Origin: Antechinus flavipes
Lineage: Eukaryota
Length of the DNA: 64,000 nucleotides
Direction of reading: 5' to 3'
NCBI RefSeq assembly: GCF_016432865.1
Contig: NC_067399.1
Coordinates: 251,534,001 to 251,598,000 of the forward strand
The first letter of the stretch is position 1. Each line of letters begins with the position of its first letter. Made by a program: the position numbers and the translations under genes. Below, piece by piece: positions 36,634 through 47,379 of the stretch. The notes below the pieces were generated by a model. The model did not search any database. It saw nothing but the letters and a program-made list of their open reading frames with translations, and was not told the DNA's origin.

Positions 36634-39600
36634 TCAAAATATGTCCTCATACAATATCGTTGTCGAAGTGTATAATGATCTCCTGGTTCTGCTCATTTCA
36701 CTTAGCATCAGTTCATGTAGGTCTCTCCAAGCCTCTCTGTATTCATCCTGCTGGTCATTTCTTACAGAACAATAATATTCCATAACATTCATATACCACA
36801 ATTTACCCAGCCATTCTCCAATTGATGGGCATCCATTCATTTTCCAGTTTCTAGCCACTACAAACAGGGCTGCTACAAACATTTTGGCACATACAGGTCC
36901 CTTTCCCTTCTTTAGTATTTCTTTGGGATATAAGCCCAATAGAAACACTGCTGGATCAAAGGATATGCACATTTTGATAATTTTTGGGGCATAATTCCAG
37001 ATTGCTCTCCAGAATGGTTGGATTCGTTCACAACTCCACCAACAATGCATTAGTGTCCCAGTTTTCCCGCATCCCCTCCAACATTCATCATTATTTTTTC
37101 CTGTCATCTTAGCCAATCTGACAGGTGTGTAGTGGTATCTCAGAGTTGTCTTAATTTGCATTTCTCTGATCAATAATGATTTGGAACACTCTTTCATATG
37201 AGTGGTAATAGTTTCAATCTCATCCTCTGAAAATTGTCTGTTCATATCCTTTGACCATTTATCAATTGGAGAATGGCTTGATTTCTTATAAATTTGAGTC
37301 AGTTCTCTATATATTTTGGAAATGAGGCCTTTATCAGAACCTTTAACTGTGAAAATGTTTTCCCAGTTTGTTGCTTCCCTTCTAATCTTGTTTGCATTAG
37401 TTTTATTTGTACAAAGGCTTTTTAATTTGATGTAATCGAAATTTTCTATTCTGTGATCAGTAATGGTCTCTAGTTCATCTTTGGTCACAAATTTCTTTCT
37501 CCTCCACAAGTCTGAGAGATAAACTATTCTATGTTCCTCTAATTTATTTATAATCTCGTTCTTTATGCCTAGGTCATAGACCCATTTTGATCTTATCTTG
37601 GTATATGGTGTTAAGTGTGGGTCCATGCCTAATTTCTGCCATACTAATTTCCAATTATCCCAGCAGTTTTTATCAAATAATGAATTCTTTTCCCAGAAGT
37701 TAGGGGCTTTGGGTTTGTCAAACACTAGATTGCTATAGTTGACTATTCTGTCTTGTGAGCCTAGCCTTTTCCACTGATCCACTAATCTATTTCTTAGCCA
37801 ATACCAAATGGTTTTGGTGACTGCTGCTTTATAATATAATTTTAGATCAGGTACAGCTAGGCCACCTTCATTTGATTTTTTTTTTCATTAATTCCCTTGA
37901 GATTCTCGACTTTTTATTGTTCCATATGAATTTTGTTGTTATTTTTTCTAGATCAATAAAATATTTTCTTGGAAGTCTGATTGGTATAGCACTAAATAAA
38001 TAGATTAGTTTAGGGAGTATTGTCATTTTTATTATGTTCGCTCGGCCGATCCAAGAGCACTTAATATTTTTCCAATTATTTAAGTCTGACTTTATTTGTG
38101 TGGAGACTTTTTTATAATTTTGCTCATATAATTCCTGACTTTCCTTTGGTAGATAGATTCCCAAATATTTTATGGTATCAACAGTTATTCTGAATGGAAT
38201 TTCTCTTTGTATCTCTTGCTGTTGGGTTTTGTTGGTGATGTATAAAAATGCTGAGGATTTATGGGGATTTATTTTGTAGCCAGCTACTTTGCTAAAATTA
38301 TGAATTATTTCCAATAGCTTTTTGGTAGAATCTCTGGGGTTCTCTAGGTATACCATCATATCATCTGCAAAGAGTGATAGTTTGGTTTCCTCATTGCCTA
38401 CTCTAATTCCTTTTATATCTTTCTCGACTCTTATTGCCGAGGCTAGTGTTTCTAATACGATATTAAATAATAATGGTGATAGTGGGCAACCTTGCTTCAC
38501 TCCAGATCTTACTGGGAAAGGTTCCAGTTTTTCCCCATTGCATATGATGCTTACTGATGGTTTTAAATATATGCTCCTGACTATTTTAAGGAAAAGTCCA
38601 TTTATTCCTATGCTCTCAAGTGTTTTTATTAGGAATGGATGTTGGATTTTATCAAATGCTTTTTCTGCATCTATTGAGATGATCATGTGGTTTTTGTTTG
38701 TTTGGTTATTGATATAGTCAATTATGCTAATAGTTTTCCTAATATTGAACCAGCCCTGCATTCCTGGTATAAATCCTACTTGGTCATAGTGTATTATCCT
38801 GGTGACAATTTTCTGTAATCTTTTTGCTAATATTTTATTTAAGATTTTAGCATCAATATTCATTAGGGAGATTGGTCTATAATTTTCTTTCTCTGTTTTC
38901 AGCCTACCTGGTTTAGGTATCAGTACCATATCTGTGTCATAAAAGGAGTTTGGTAGGACTCCTTCAATCCCTATTTTTTCAAATAGTTTATATAACATTG
39001 GAGTTAATTGTTCTTTAAATGTTTGGTAGAATTCACATGTAAATCCATCTGGTCCTGGGGATTTTTTCTTAGGGAGTTGATTGATAGTTTGTTCTATTTC
39101 TTTTTCTGAGATGGGACTGTTTAGGATATTTACTTCTTCCTCTGTTAGTTTGGGCAAGCTGTATTTTTGGAGGTATTTTTCTATTTCATTTAAGTTGTCG
39201 AATTTATTGGCATAAAGTTGGGCAAAGTAACTCCTAATTATTGCTCTAATTTCCTCTTCGTTAGTGGTGAGTTCTCCCTTTTCATTTTTAAGACTAACAA
39301 TTTGATTTTCCTCTTTCCTTTTTTTAATCAGATTTACTAAGGGTTTGTCTATTTTGTTGGTTTTTTCATAGAACCAACTCTTAGTTTTATTAATCAATTC
39401 AATAGTTTTTTTACTTTCAATTTTATTGATCTCACCTTTTACTTTTAGAATTTCAAGTTTAGTGTTTGACTGGGGGTTTTTAATTTGTTCCTTTTCTAGC
39501 ATTTTTAATTGCAAACCCAATTCATTGACCTTCTCTTTCTCTATTTTATACAAATAGGCCTCTAGAGATATGAAATTTCCCCTTATTACCGCTTTGGCTG

Positions 39601-40465
39601 CATCCCATACATTTTGGTATGATGTCTCATTATTATCGTTTTCTTGGGTGAAGTTATTAATTATGTCTATGATTTGCTGTTTTACCCAATCATTCTTTAG
39701 TATGAGATTATTTAGTTTCCAATTATTTTTTGGTCTACTTCCCCCTGCTTTTTTGTTGAATGTAATTTTCATTGCATCGTGGTCTGAAAAGGATGCATTT
39801 ACTATTTCTGCCTTACTACATTTGAGTTTGAGGTTTTTATGTCCTAATATATGGTCAATTTTTGTATAGGTTCCATGAACTGCTGAAAAGAAAGTGTATT
39901 CCTTTCTGTCTCCATTACATTTTCTCCAGAGATCTATCATATCTAGCTTTTCTAGTATTCTGTTTACCTCTTTGACTTCTTTCTTATTTATTTTCTGGTT
40001 TGATTTATCTAATTCTGAGAGTGCAAGGTTAAGATCTCCCACTATTATAGTTTTACTGTCTATTTCTTCTTGCAGCTCTCTTAGTTTCTCTTTTAAGAAT
40101 TTAGATGCTACCCCACTTGGTGCATATATGTTTAATATAGATAGTGCTTCATTATCCATGCTACCCTTTAGCAAGATATAGTGTCCTTCCTTATCTCTTT
40201 TAATTAGGTCAATTTTTGCTTTAGCTTGATCTGAGATCAGGATGGCTACCCCTGCTTTTTTGACTTCACCTGAAGCATAGTAGATTTTGCTCCAACCTTT
40301 TACCTTTAACCTGCATGTATCTCCCCGCTTCAGGTGTGTTTCCTGTAAACAACATATTGTAGGATTCTGGCTTTTAATCCATTCTGCTAACCGCTTCCTC
40401 TTTATGGGGGAGTTTACCCCGTTCACGTTTATGGTTAGAATGACCAATTCTGTATTACTTGCCAT
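36634..40465 (-). pseudogene. ORF2: L1 ORF2p (APE endonuclease, RT, CCHC), single +1 frameshift at 37876-37885; 1276 aa if one base is removed
   Basis: Track ORFs 37868-40465 and 36634-37782 join without stops when A10 becomes A9 ([39 protein letters not shown]). QETH, GDLN, IDH, SDH, DAEKAFD, QGCPLSP, FADD and CWRGC..HCWWSC are intact. Confidence 0.97.
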
Positions 40466-40986
40466 CTTGTTAACCCCGGTTTATGCTTTCCTCCCTTCTT
40501 TCCCCTTTCCCCCCCTTCCAAGTATTAAGCTTGTGAGCACCCCTTGCTTCTCACAGCCCTCCCTTTTTAGTGTCCCTCCCCCCGCCTTAGAGTTCCTCCC
40601 CCTATCTTACCCCTTTCCCTCCCAGTTCCCGTATTCCCTTCCGCTTAGCTTATTCCTTCCCTTTCCACTTTTCCCTTCTCACTTTTCAATGAGATGGGAG
40701 AAGTTTCACCATAGATTGAATATGTCTTAAGATTTTTCACTTAAAGCCAATTCTGAAGGCAGTAAGATACCCACTATATTCATCCCCCTCCATTCTTTCT
40801 CTCAGATATAATAGGTTTCCTATGCCTCTTCATGAGATGTACTACCCCCACTTTACCCTTTTTCTGGTACAATGTCCTTTCCACATCAATTTCTAGAACA
40901 AGGTATACATGTATTCTTTATACATCTATATAGTCAAAATATAGTTCCCAAGATTAATCTTTACCTTTTTAGATTTCTCTTGAGTT

Positions 40987-42090
40987 CTATATTTGTAGAT
41001 CAAACTTTTTGTTAAGTTCTGGTTTTTTCATCAGAAATAGATGAAATTCGCTTACTTCGTTGAATGTCCATCTTCTTCCCTGGAAAAAGATGCTCATTCT
41101 CGCTGGGTAAGTTATTTTTGGTTGCATACCAAGTTCCTTAGCCTTTCGGAATATCATATTCCAGGCCCTTCGATCTTTTAATGTGGATGCTGCCAGATCC
41201 TGGGTGATCCTTATTGTGGCTCCTTGATACTTGAATTGGGTTTTTCTAGCCGCTTGCAATATTTTTTCTTTCACCTGAGGGTTCTGGCATTTGGCCACTA
41301 TATTCCTTGGTGTTTTGATTTTAGGATCCCTTTCAGTGGGTGATCGATGAATCCTTTCAATGTTTATTTTTTCCTCTGTTCCTATGACTTCTGGGCAGTT
41401 CTCTTTGATAATTTCCTGGAAGACAGTGTCCAGGCTCTTTTTTTCATCATGTTTTTCTGGGAGTCCAATGATTCTCAGATTGTCTCTCCTGGATCTGTTT
41501 TCCAGGTCTGTTGTCTTCCCCAGAAGGTATTTCACATTTTTCTCCATTGTTTGATTTTTTTGGATTTGCTTGACTGATTCTTCTTGTCTCCTCGAGTCAT
41601 TCAATTCCACTTGTTCAATTCTGATTTTCAGTGAAGTATTCTCTTCACTCACTTTTTTAAAATCTTTCTCTAATTGTCCAATTGAGTTCTTTTGTTCTGT
41701 GGAATTTTTTTCCATTTCGCCAATTTTGTTTTTTAGAGAGCTGTTTTCTGTTTCCAGTTCACTAATCCTATTTTTCAAGGATTTTACTTCTTTATCCACT
41801 CTCTCTTTAACTTTCTCCAGGCTCTTTTGCCAAGCCTCCCTCTCCTTTTCCCAAGCTTCCCTCTCCTTTTGCCAAGCCTCACTCTGCTTTCCCCATTTTT
41901 CTTCTAGCTCCCTTGTGAGAGCCTTTTTAATCACTTCTATGAGGTTCATCTGTGCTGAGGAACAGACGATCTCCTCCTTTGGGGAATCACCTGGGGACTG
42001 CCTGTTTTTAGTCTCCTCAGGATTTAGAGTCTGCTCTCTATCTGTATAGAAGCTGTCAAGGGTTAAAGTCCTCTTCAGCTTCTTGCTCAT
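40987..42090 (-). CDS. ORF1: L1 ORF1p, 367 aa (coiled coil, RRM, CTD), uninterrupted
   Basis: ATG to TAG open frame; DLENRSRRDNLRIIGLPE, ERIHR, DRRAW and ITYPARMS motifs typical of L1 ORF1p. Confidence 0.98.
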   Translation of the reverse strand: MSKKLKRTLTLDSFYTDREQTLNPEETKNRQSPGDSPKEEIVCSSAQMNLIEVIKKALTRELEEKWGKQSEAWQKEREAWEKEREAWQKSLEKVKERVDKEVKSLKNRISELETENSSLKNKIGEMEKNSTEQKNSIGQLEKDFKKVSEENTSLKIRIEQVELNDSRRQEESVKQIQKNQTMEKNVKYLLGKTTDLENRSRRDNLRIIGLPEKHDEKKSLDTVFQEIIKENCPEVIGTEEKINIERIHRSPTERDPKIKTPRNIVAKCQNPQVKEKILQAARKTQFKYQGATIRITQDLAASTLKDRRAWNMIFRKAKELGMQPKITYPARMSIFFQGRRWTFNEVSEFHLFLMKKPELNKKFDLQI

Positions 42091-42698
42091 TCTGTCTATT
42101 AATCAGAGACAAACTACCAAAGAAAAACAGAAAAAACTGGAGTCTTTCTTTGGGGGGGGGGGGGGGGGCCTGGGTGTGTTATCGAGCTTCCTCTACAGAC
42201 TGCAGGGGGCAGCAGTGAGGCACTAGCAGGACTGTGCTGCGCCTGCGCTCTGAGATCCCAAAGCGTGCTGAGTCACTGAGGGGAGGGAAGGGGGGGGGGG
42301 GGGGCAGGTCCTGAGAGACTCCAGCTGTTTGCGGTTGTATTCTTCAGCCCCGGTGTTTTTAGCTTCTCTGCTGGGCTGTTGACTTGCTGCAGGTTCCAAA
42401 CCTGTAGCGAAGCTCTCCCCGCAGAGACGGCTACGATCACTCCCCACCCCCTCTCAGCTCTGCTCCCGTGCTCTCACTGCCGCTGCCCTCAGCCTGCGCC
42501 CGATCTAAAACCGCCCCAGCCCTCCAGTAAAGACAGACCTTTCTTGGCGGATCTCAAGGATGGCTTCTCTTGGTAACTATTTGTGAGTTTTTTTTCAGTC
42601 AAGCATTGATTCAGAGGCTTGTAATGAAGTGGATAGTGAGAGAAAGCGCGGAGCTTATGCAACTGTGAGCCTCCTCTCTGCCATCTTAACCGGAAGTC
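42091..42698 (-). promoter_or_regulatory. L1 5'UTR internal promoter
   Basis: About 20 CpG in about 520 bp (manual count); ETS-type ACTTCCGG and YY1-like AAGATGGCAG at the extreme 5' end. Confidence 0.85.
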
Positions 42699-42713
42699 GA
42701 ATAGGCAATTATT
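42699..42713 (+). repeat. L1 target-site duplication, right copy GAATAGGCAATTATT
   Basis: Identical to 36272-36286; followed by AAAG, giving an endonuclease-type site. Confidence 0.95.
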
Positions 42714-42850
42714 AAAGAGAAATAGTATTTGAATTAAGAGAGGTTAGAAAAGTTTCCTGTAGAAGGTGAAATATTTTAGTTGGAACTCAAAAGAATTCCA
42801 GGAGGTCAGTTGTTGGAGCAGAGAAGGAAAAGTATTCAGAACGAGAGTAA
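42714..42850 (-). mobile_element. L2 fragment, host of the young L1 insertion
   Basis: GAATTAAGAGAGGTTAGAAAAGTTTCCTGTAGAAGGTG matches the L2 at about 31.0 kb. Confidence 0.65.
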
Positions 42851-43019
42851 GAAGGAACTATGTTTGGTACTTTTGTCTTCTCACACTTTTGAATCTAAGT
42901 GAACAATAAAGTGTCCAGACCATTACAACAAACTCAAAGTGTTCATCTAAATTCTTTTATTATCTTATAATTTTTCTGTCTTAAATATTACTAAGAGTCA
43001 TTGACATGTTTAAAGATCA

Positions 43020-43362
43020 TTAGAATACAATAATCTAAGGCAATCCCAAAGGACTCTTGATGAAAGATGCTATCCAACATCCAGAGAAAGAACTGATGGA
43101 GTTTCCATGCAGATAGTAGCATACTATTTTTTATTATTTTTTTCATGAGCTTTTGGGAGGACCTATTTTTCCATATGTCTAATATGGAAATTTGTCTTAC
43201 ATGATTGTATATATATAACTTTTAGCAATTTGCTTACTATCTTAGGGAAGATGGTGTGAAGGAAGGAGAGACAAAATTTGTAATCCAAATTTTTAAGTTA
43301 ATGTTTAAAACTGTCCTTACATTTAATTGGAAAAATTATATGAGGGGAGCAAAAAAAAAAAA
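43020..43362 (+). mobile_element. Old L1 3'UTR fragment with A-tail
   Basis: ATCCAGAGAAAGAACTGATGGAG...TAATATGGAAAT; A12 tail. Confidence 0.8.
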
Positions 43363-44394
43363 CATTATTGATATAAATCTAGAAAGGGATATTAGAGGTC
43401 ATCTAGTCTAGCTCCTTCATTTTACAAATGAGGAAACTATATCCCAGAGAAGCTAAATGTTTTAACCCTGGTCATACAGTATTAGAAGAGCAGAGATTTG
43501 AACCAAATGTAGCCCTCTTTCTATAGCAATGTAATGGTCTTTATGTCATGCAGAATTCTCATTGTTCTATGTGTTACTGATGCTTACGGCAGTGTGTTGT
43601 CATAGAAATAATACACAATTGGCACTAGGGCTCTGCTGTGCAGGAGGCAACAAGTCATTTCATCTCTCTAAGCCTCAATTTCCTCATGTGCCAAAAAATT
43701 GATAATAATCATTGAATGTCTTAGTTTAAAAAGGCATAAATTTTAAGCCATAAAGCAACCCTAAAAATCTTCTGTTCTAGTGTAGATTAGTATACTAAGG
43801 CCCAGAAAGTTGAAATGTTTCCTGAATAAGTCAATTAATCAATAAGCATCCATTCGATGCTTGCTATGTGCCAGGTACCTCACAGCTACCTCATGGAGTT
43901 GTTAGGGGAAAAATCTCTTTTTTTGTAAGCAAAAAGTACAAGTTCATATCATTATCAGTAATTATGGTGGAATTTCAGTAGCTCTTTGCTTAAGTGAAAA
44001 AGAAGGGAAAGGATATATCAGGTAGGGGTGAGAACCAGAGCAAATATGCAGCGGTGGTATCAGACATGTCTTAAGGGATGGTGAAGGGACTGATAAACTT
44101 TACCAGAAATTTTGAGTAAGGGAGTAATGAGAAATAAGATCCAACTCCTATTTATCTATGGAACAGAATGGTAGAGTGATTGAGAAAAGGGCTAAGTAGA
44201 GCAAGGAATTAAAAAGCTGAACTTGATATCAGAAAAACTCTAGTTTAAATGCCACTTCAGACACTTAGTAGTGTGACCGTGAGAGAATCACTTTATTTCT
44301 GTATGCCTCAGTTTCCTCAACTGTAAAATCTGAATAATCATAGCCCCCTACCTCATGGGGGATTGTAGTAAGGTTCAAATAAAATAAAGGCTTG

Positions 44395-44520
44395 TTTCCT
44401 CCCTTTTTTCTACTTTTCATTTCTCCTTTCCTCCCCTCTTCCCTCCCTTTCTTCCTTTCCTTCATTCATTTTATTCCTTCTTTCTTTTTCTTTCTTTTTT
44501 TCTTCCTTCCCTTCTCCAAC
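44395..44520. repeat. CT-rich low-complexity tract
   Basis: Directly visible. Confidence 0.85.
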
Positions 44521-45760
44521 AGTTGCCTCTCAGATATGAGATGTCTACAAATGGCCCAGAACAATCCATCTCTTGATAGGACCTTATTTAACATTTTGGA
44601 TGGGGAGAAACAGATCTTTCTAATACATATCCACACTTCTTTTTCCTGGTCTTTAAAATGTTTAGAAGAGTGGGCTGCAACCTTTTCCTAGCAATGCATC
44701 TGTGCTCCCTCTGCAGCCAGGAGAGGAACTGAGAAAGAGAAGTGTCAAATATTATAATCTTTCATTGCTCTAGATTTATGAACTAAAAAATAATCTTTGC
44801 TGTCTCTCCTTGCTCCCACCCCTTTCCCCTAGGCAGCTAGCCAGAGGAGCTAGTTCTATCTGAGAGTATAAAGTAGCTAGAATATTTTGGATCAAAGTCA
44901 ATGCAGGAGAAAACAAATCAAGTTAAAAAGAATGGGGGGAGGAGGGTCAGGAAGGACTGAAAGGAGGAAAACTAAGATTTACAGAACAAAGAACTGTAAT
45001 AGCCAAAAAGTCAGAGAACAAAGAGGAAAAGCAGATTTCACCATGCAGTCAAATTACAGGCTGTTTTTCAGATTTCAAATAATGTTCTGGATTTTTAGAC
45101 ATAATTTGACATAATTATTATATTATTATTATATTAGCAACTATTTTTATTGTTGTTGTTACTGGAATAGTATAGCTTCATGGACAAAAATCTGGTTTTC
45201 AAATCAGGCAGACGTAGGATCTACTCTTACCTCTCTCACACACTGTGGCTATGTAATACTGAGTAGTCTGCTTACCATCTATAGTACCCCTATATAACCC
45301 TTAAAAGTATAAGCTTTAAATAACATGATCTACATTGTTCCTAGGATCATAATATCCCCATAACTTTAAAGACAGAAGAGATCTTAGAAGTCTAGGCATC
45401 CTATTCCCTAATAATTTTACTGATGAAGAAATTGTAAGTGACTTGTCCAGAATCACATAGATGAAGCCAGTGCCCCTACCATTGGAATTCCCTCTGCCAA
45501 AAAAAAAAATCAAAGAAATCTGGGATCTAGTCAAAAGTAACAATAATAATAACAACCAACTAACCATGCATTAATTGCCTACTCTGATAATGCATCAGAC
45601 ACTCTGCTAAGTTCTGTGGATGCAAAAACAAAATGAATCAATTCCAAATTTGCAGAAACAAGGGGTATAAAATTGCTATGTGCCAGGTAGCCAGACAAGA
45701 TTTTAAACAATCCTAAGGCATAAGGTTTAGGACAGAAAGGGCTGTAGAGATCCTCTAATC

Positions 45761-46344
45761 TGGGGGGTTCTTGATCTTTTCTGTATTGTAGACCCTTTTG
45801 GTCATAAAATGAAATCTATGGACCCTTTCTGGGAATAACATTTTTAAATGCATAAAATAAAATACATAAATTTACAAAATAAACAAATTATGTCAAAATG
45901 TAATTATCAACTCAAGAATGAGGTTATTCAGGCCAATTCCAATAGACTTGTGATGGAGAGAGACATCTGCATCCAGAAAGAGAACTATGGGGACTGAATG
46001 TGAATCACAATGTAGCATTTTCACCTTTTTTGTTGTTTGCTTGCTTTTTTCTTTCTCATGTTTACCTTTTTGATCCAGTTTTTCTTGTGCAGCAGGATAA
46101 ATGTGGAAATATGGATAGAAGAATTACACGTTTAACATATATTAGATTGCTTGCTGTCTAGGGCAGGGGATGGAGGAAAGAGAGGGAAAAAAATCTGGAA
46201 TGCAAAGTTTTGCAAGGGTAAATGTTGAAAACTACTTTTGCATGTATTGGGGAGAAGCTATTATTAGGAATTTAAAAAAAAAGAAAAGCAGTTATCAAAA
46301 TATTTTCTAAAAATAAATTTTAGACCCCAAGTTAAGATCCCCTA
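45761..46344 (+). mobile_element. Charlie4z-like MITE split by an L1 3' fragment
   Basis: TIR remnants GGGGGTTCTT / AAGATCCCCTA; 8-bp TSD CTCTAATC / TTCTAGTC; same internal sequence as 6997-7190. Confidence 0.75.
45911..46287 (+). mobile_element. 5'-truncated old L1 (3'UTR) nested in Charlie4z
   Basis: L1 3'UTR motifs, A-rich tail, degenerate about 16-bp TSD AAAATGTAATTATCAA / GAAAAGCAGTTATCAA. Confidence 0.8.
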
Positions 46345-47379
46345 TTCTAGTCCAAATCCCTTAGAAAAGTATATGACTTCAGCTAGAGCATCTCCTGCCA
46401 ATCATTATCTGATGTTAAGGACCATTGTCATATAATGCTTAAAAGTTTGTAAAGCACATCCCTTGGTGGAAACAGTCCATAATTGGGACTCAATAAATCC
46501 CCTTTGTTGTTGATAATAATAGCACAGTACTGATTGGAAAGGCAGTAGAAAAAGTTTAATGTTCCCCATCTGACTCAGCTTGATGAAGAGGCATATGTTG
46601 TGAAAGTGCAGAAGTTTTTCTAGGACATCTAGAGGCCCAGTGTACATTATTGATAGATGTTCTGCAAAATTTAAATGTTGAGCTTTAGGGAGAAAGTTAA
46701 AACCCAAGAGACAATGAACTTGAGGTTTTCTTCTCTCTTCTTGAACTTGAAAATAGCCAGATCACTTTTTAATGAATTTCACTGCAGCCTAGTTGCTGAT
46801 TCTATGATTCACTCCAAAGCAGAGGTCAGGCTAAGCTCTATATACCCCTTCCTTTGGAGAGGAGCCCCTTAGCCAGGAGCAACAGGGTCAGGAGAGAAGA
46901 AATATGTCAATTCAGGGGTATTACTGACATGAGAAAAGATTCTTTGAACTTTACTTCTTCTCCCTTGATCAGCAGCCCATTGTTTTTCAGCAGAAGTGGC
47001 TTTTGAGAGGAGTGGGATCCTAAAAAGATTTTAAAATTTAAGCTGACCTCCTCTATCCATTTCTAAGCATCTCTCTCTTTCTCTTCAGATTAAATAAATA
47101 TGAGAGTCTATGGTTATCTAGAAATGAGAGAGAAAAACTTTTTTAATCATACTATTTATAAAGATAAACTATTTTTCTTACCTTCAAAACAAGAGGGAAG
47201 AGGCTAACCAAACATTGGTGATTAATGTACAAATAAAAATAATTCAGATAAGTAGCTGGAGTTGTAGATAGAATAGAGAACCAGACTAGGATTTAAAAAG
47301 AGCTGAATTTGAGTCCTGATTCTTACTCAAGATACCAGGTGATCCCAAGTAAATTATTTAACCTCTAAATAATACCATG

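Larger units (their letters stand above)
36287..42698 (-). mobile_element. Full-length young marsupial LINE-1, 6412 bp, antisense to CDH4
   Basis: 5' end GACTTCCGGTTAAGATGGCAG, 608-bp CpG-rich 5'UTR, ORF1, 521-bp spacer, ORF2, G-rich 3'UTR, AATAAA, short A-rich tail, perfect 15-bp TSD, target TTATT/AA. Confidence 0.99.

Noticed and set aside
38322-42049. Plus-strand ORFs of 95-159 aa (38322, 39570, 39894, 40287, 41570)
   Set aside because: Antisense shadows of the A-rich L1 ORFs (Ser/Leu/Phe-rich), expected from codon bias.
42379-42576. ORF0-like antisense ORF in the L1 5'UTR (65 aa)
   Set aside because: Starts at TTG, shows no similarity I can see to primate ORF0, and GC-rich DNA readily gives such frames.
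44790-44880. Strong acceptor-like tract with TGC motifs
   Set aside because: No credible donor nearby, and a stop codon follows in the phase-0 frame.
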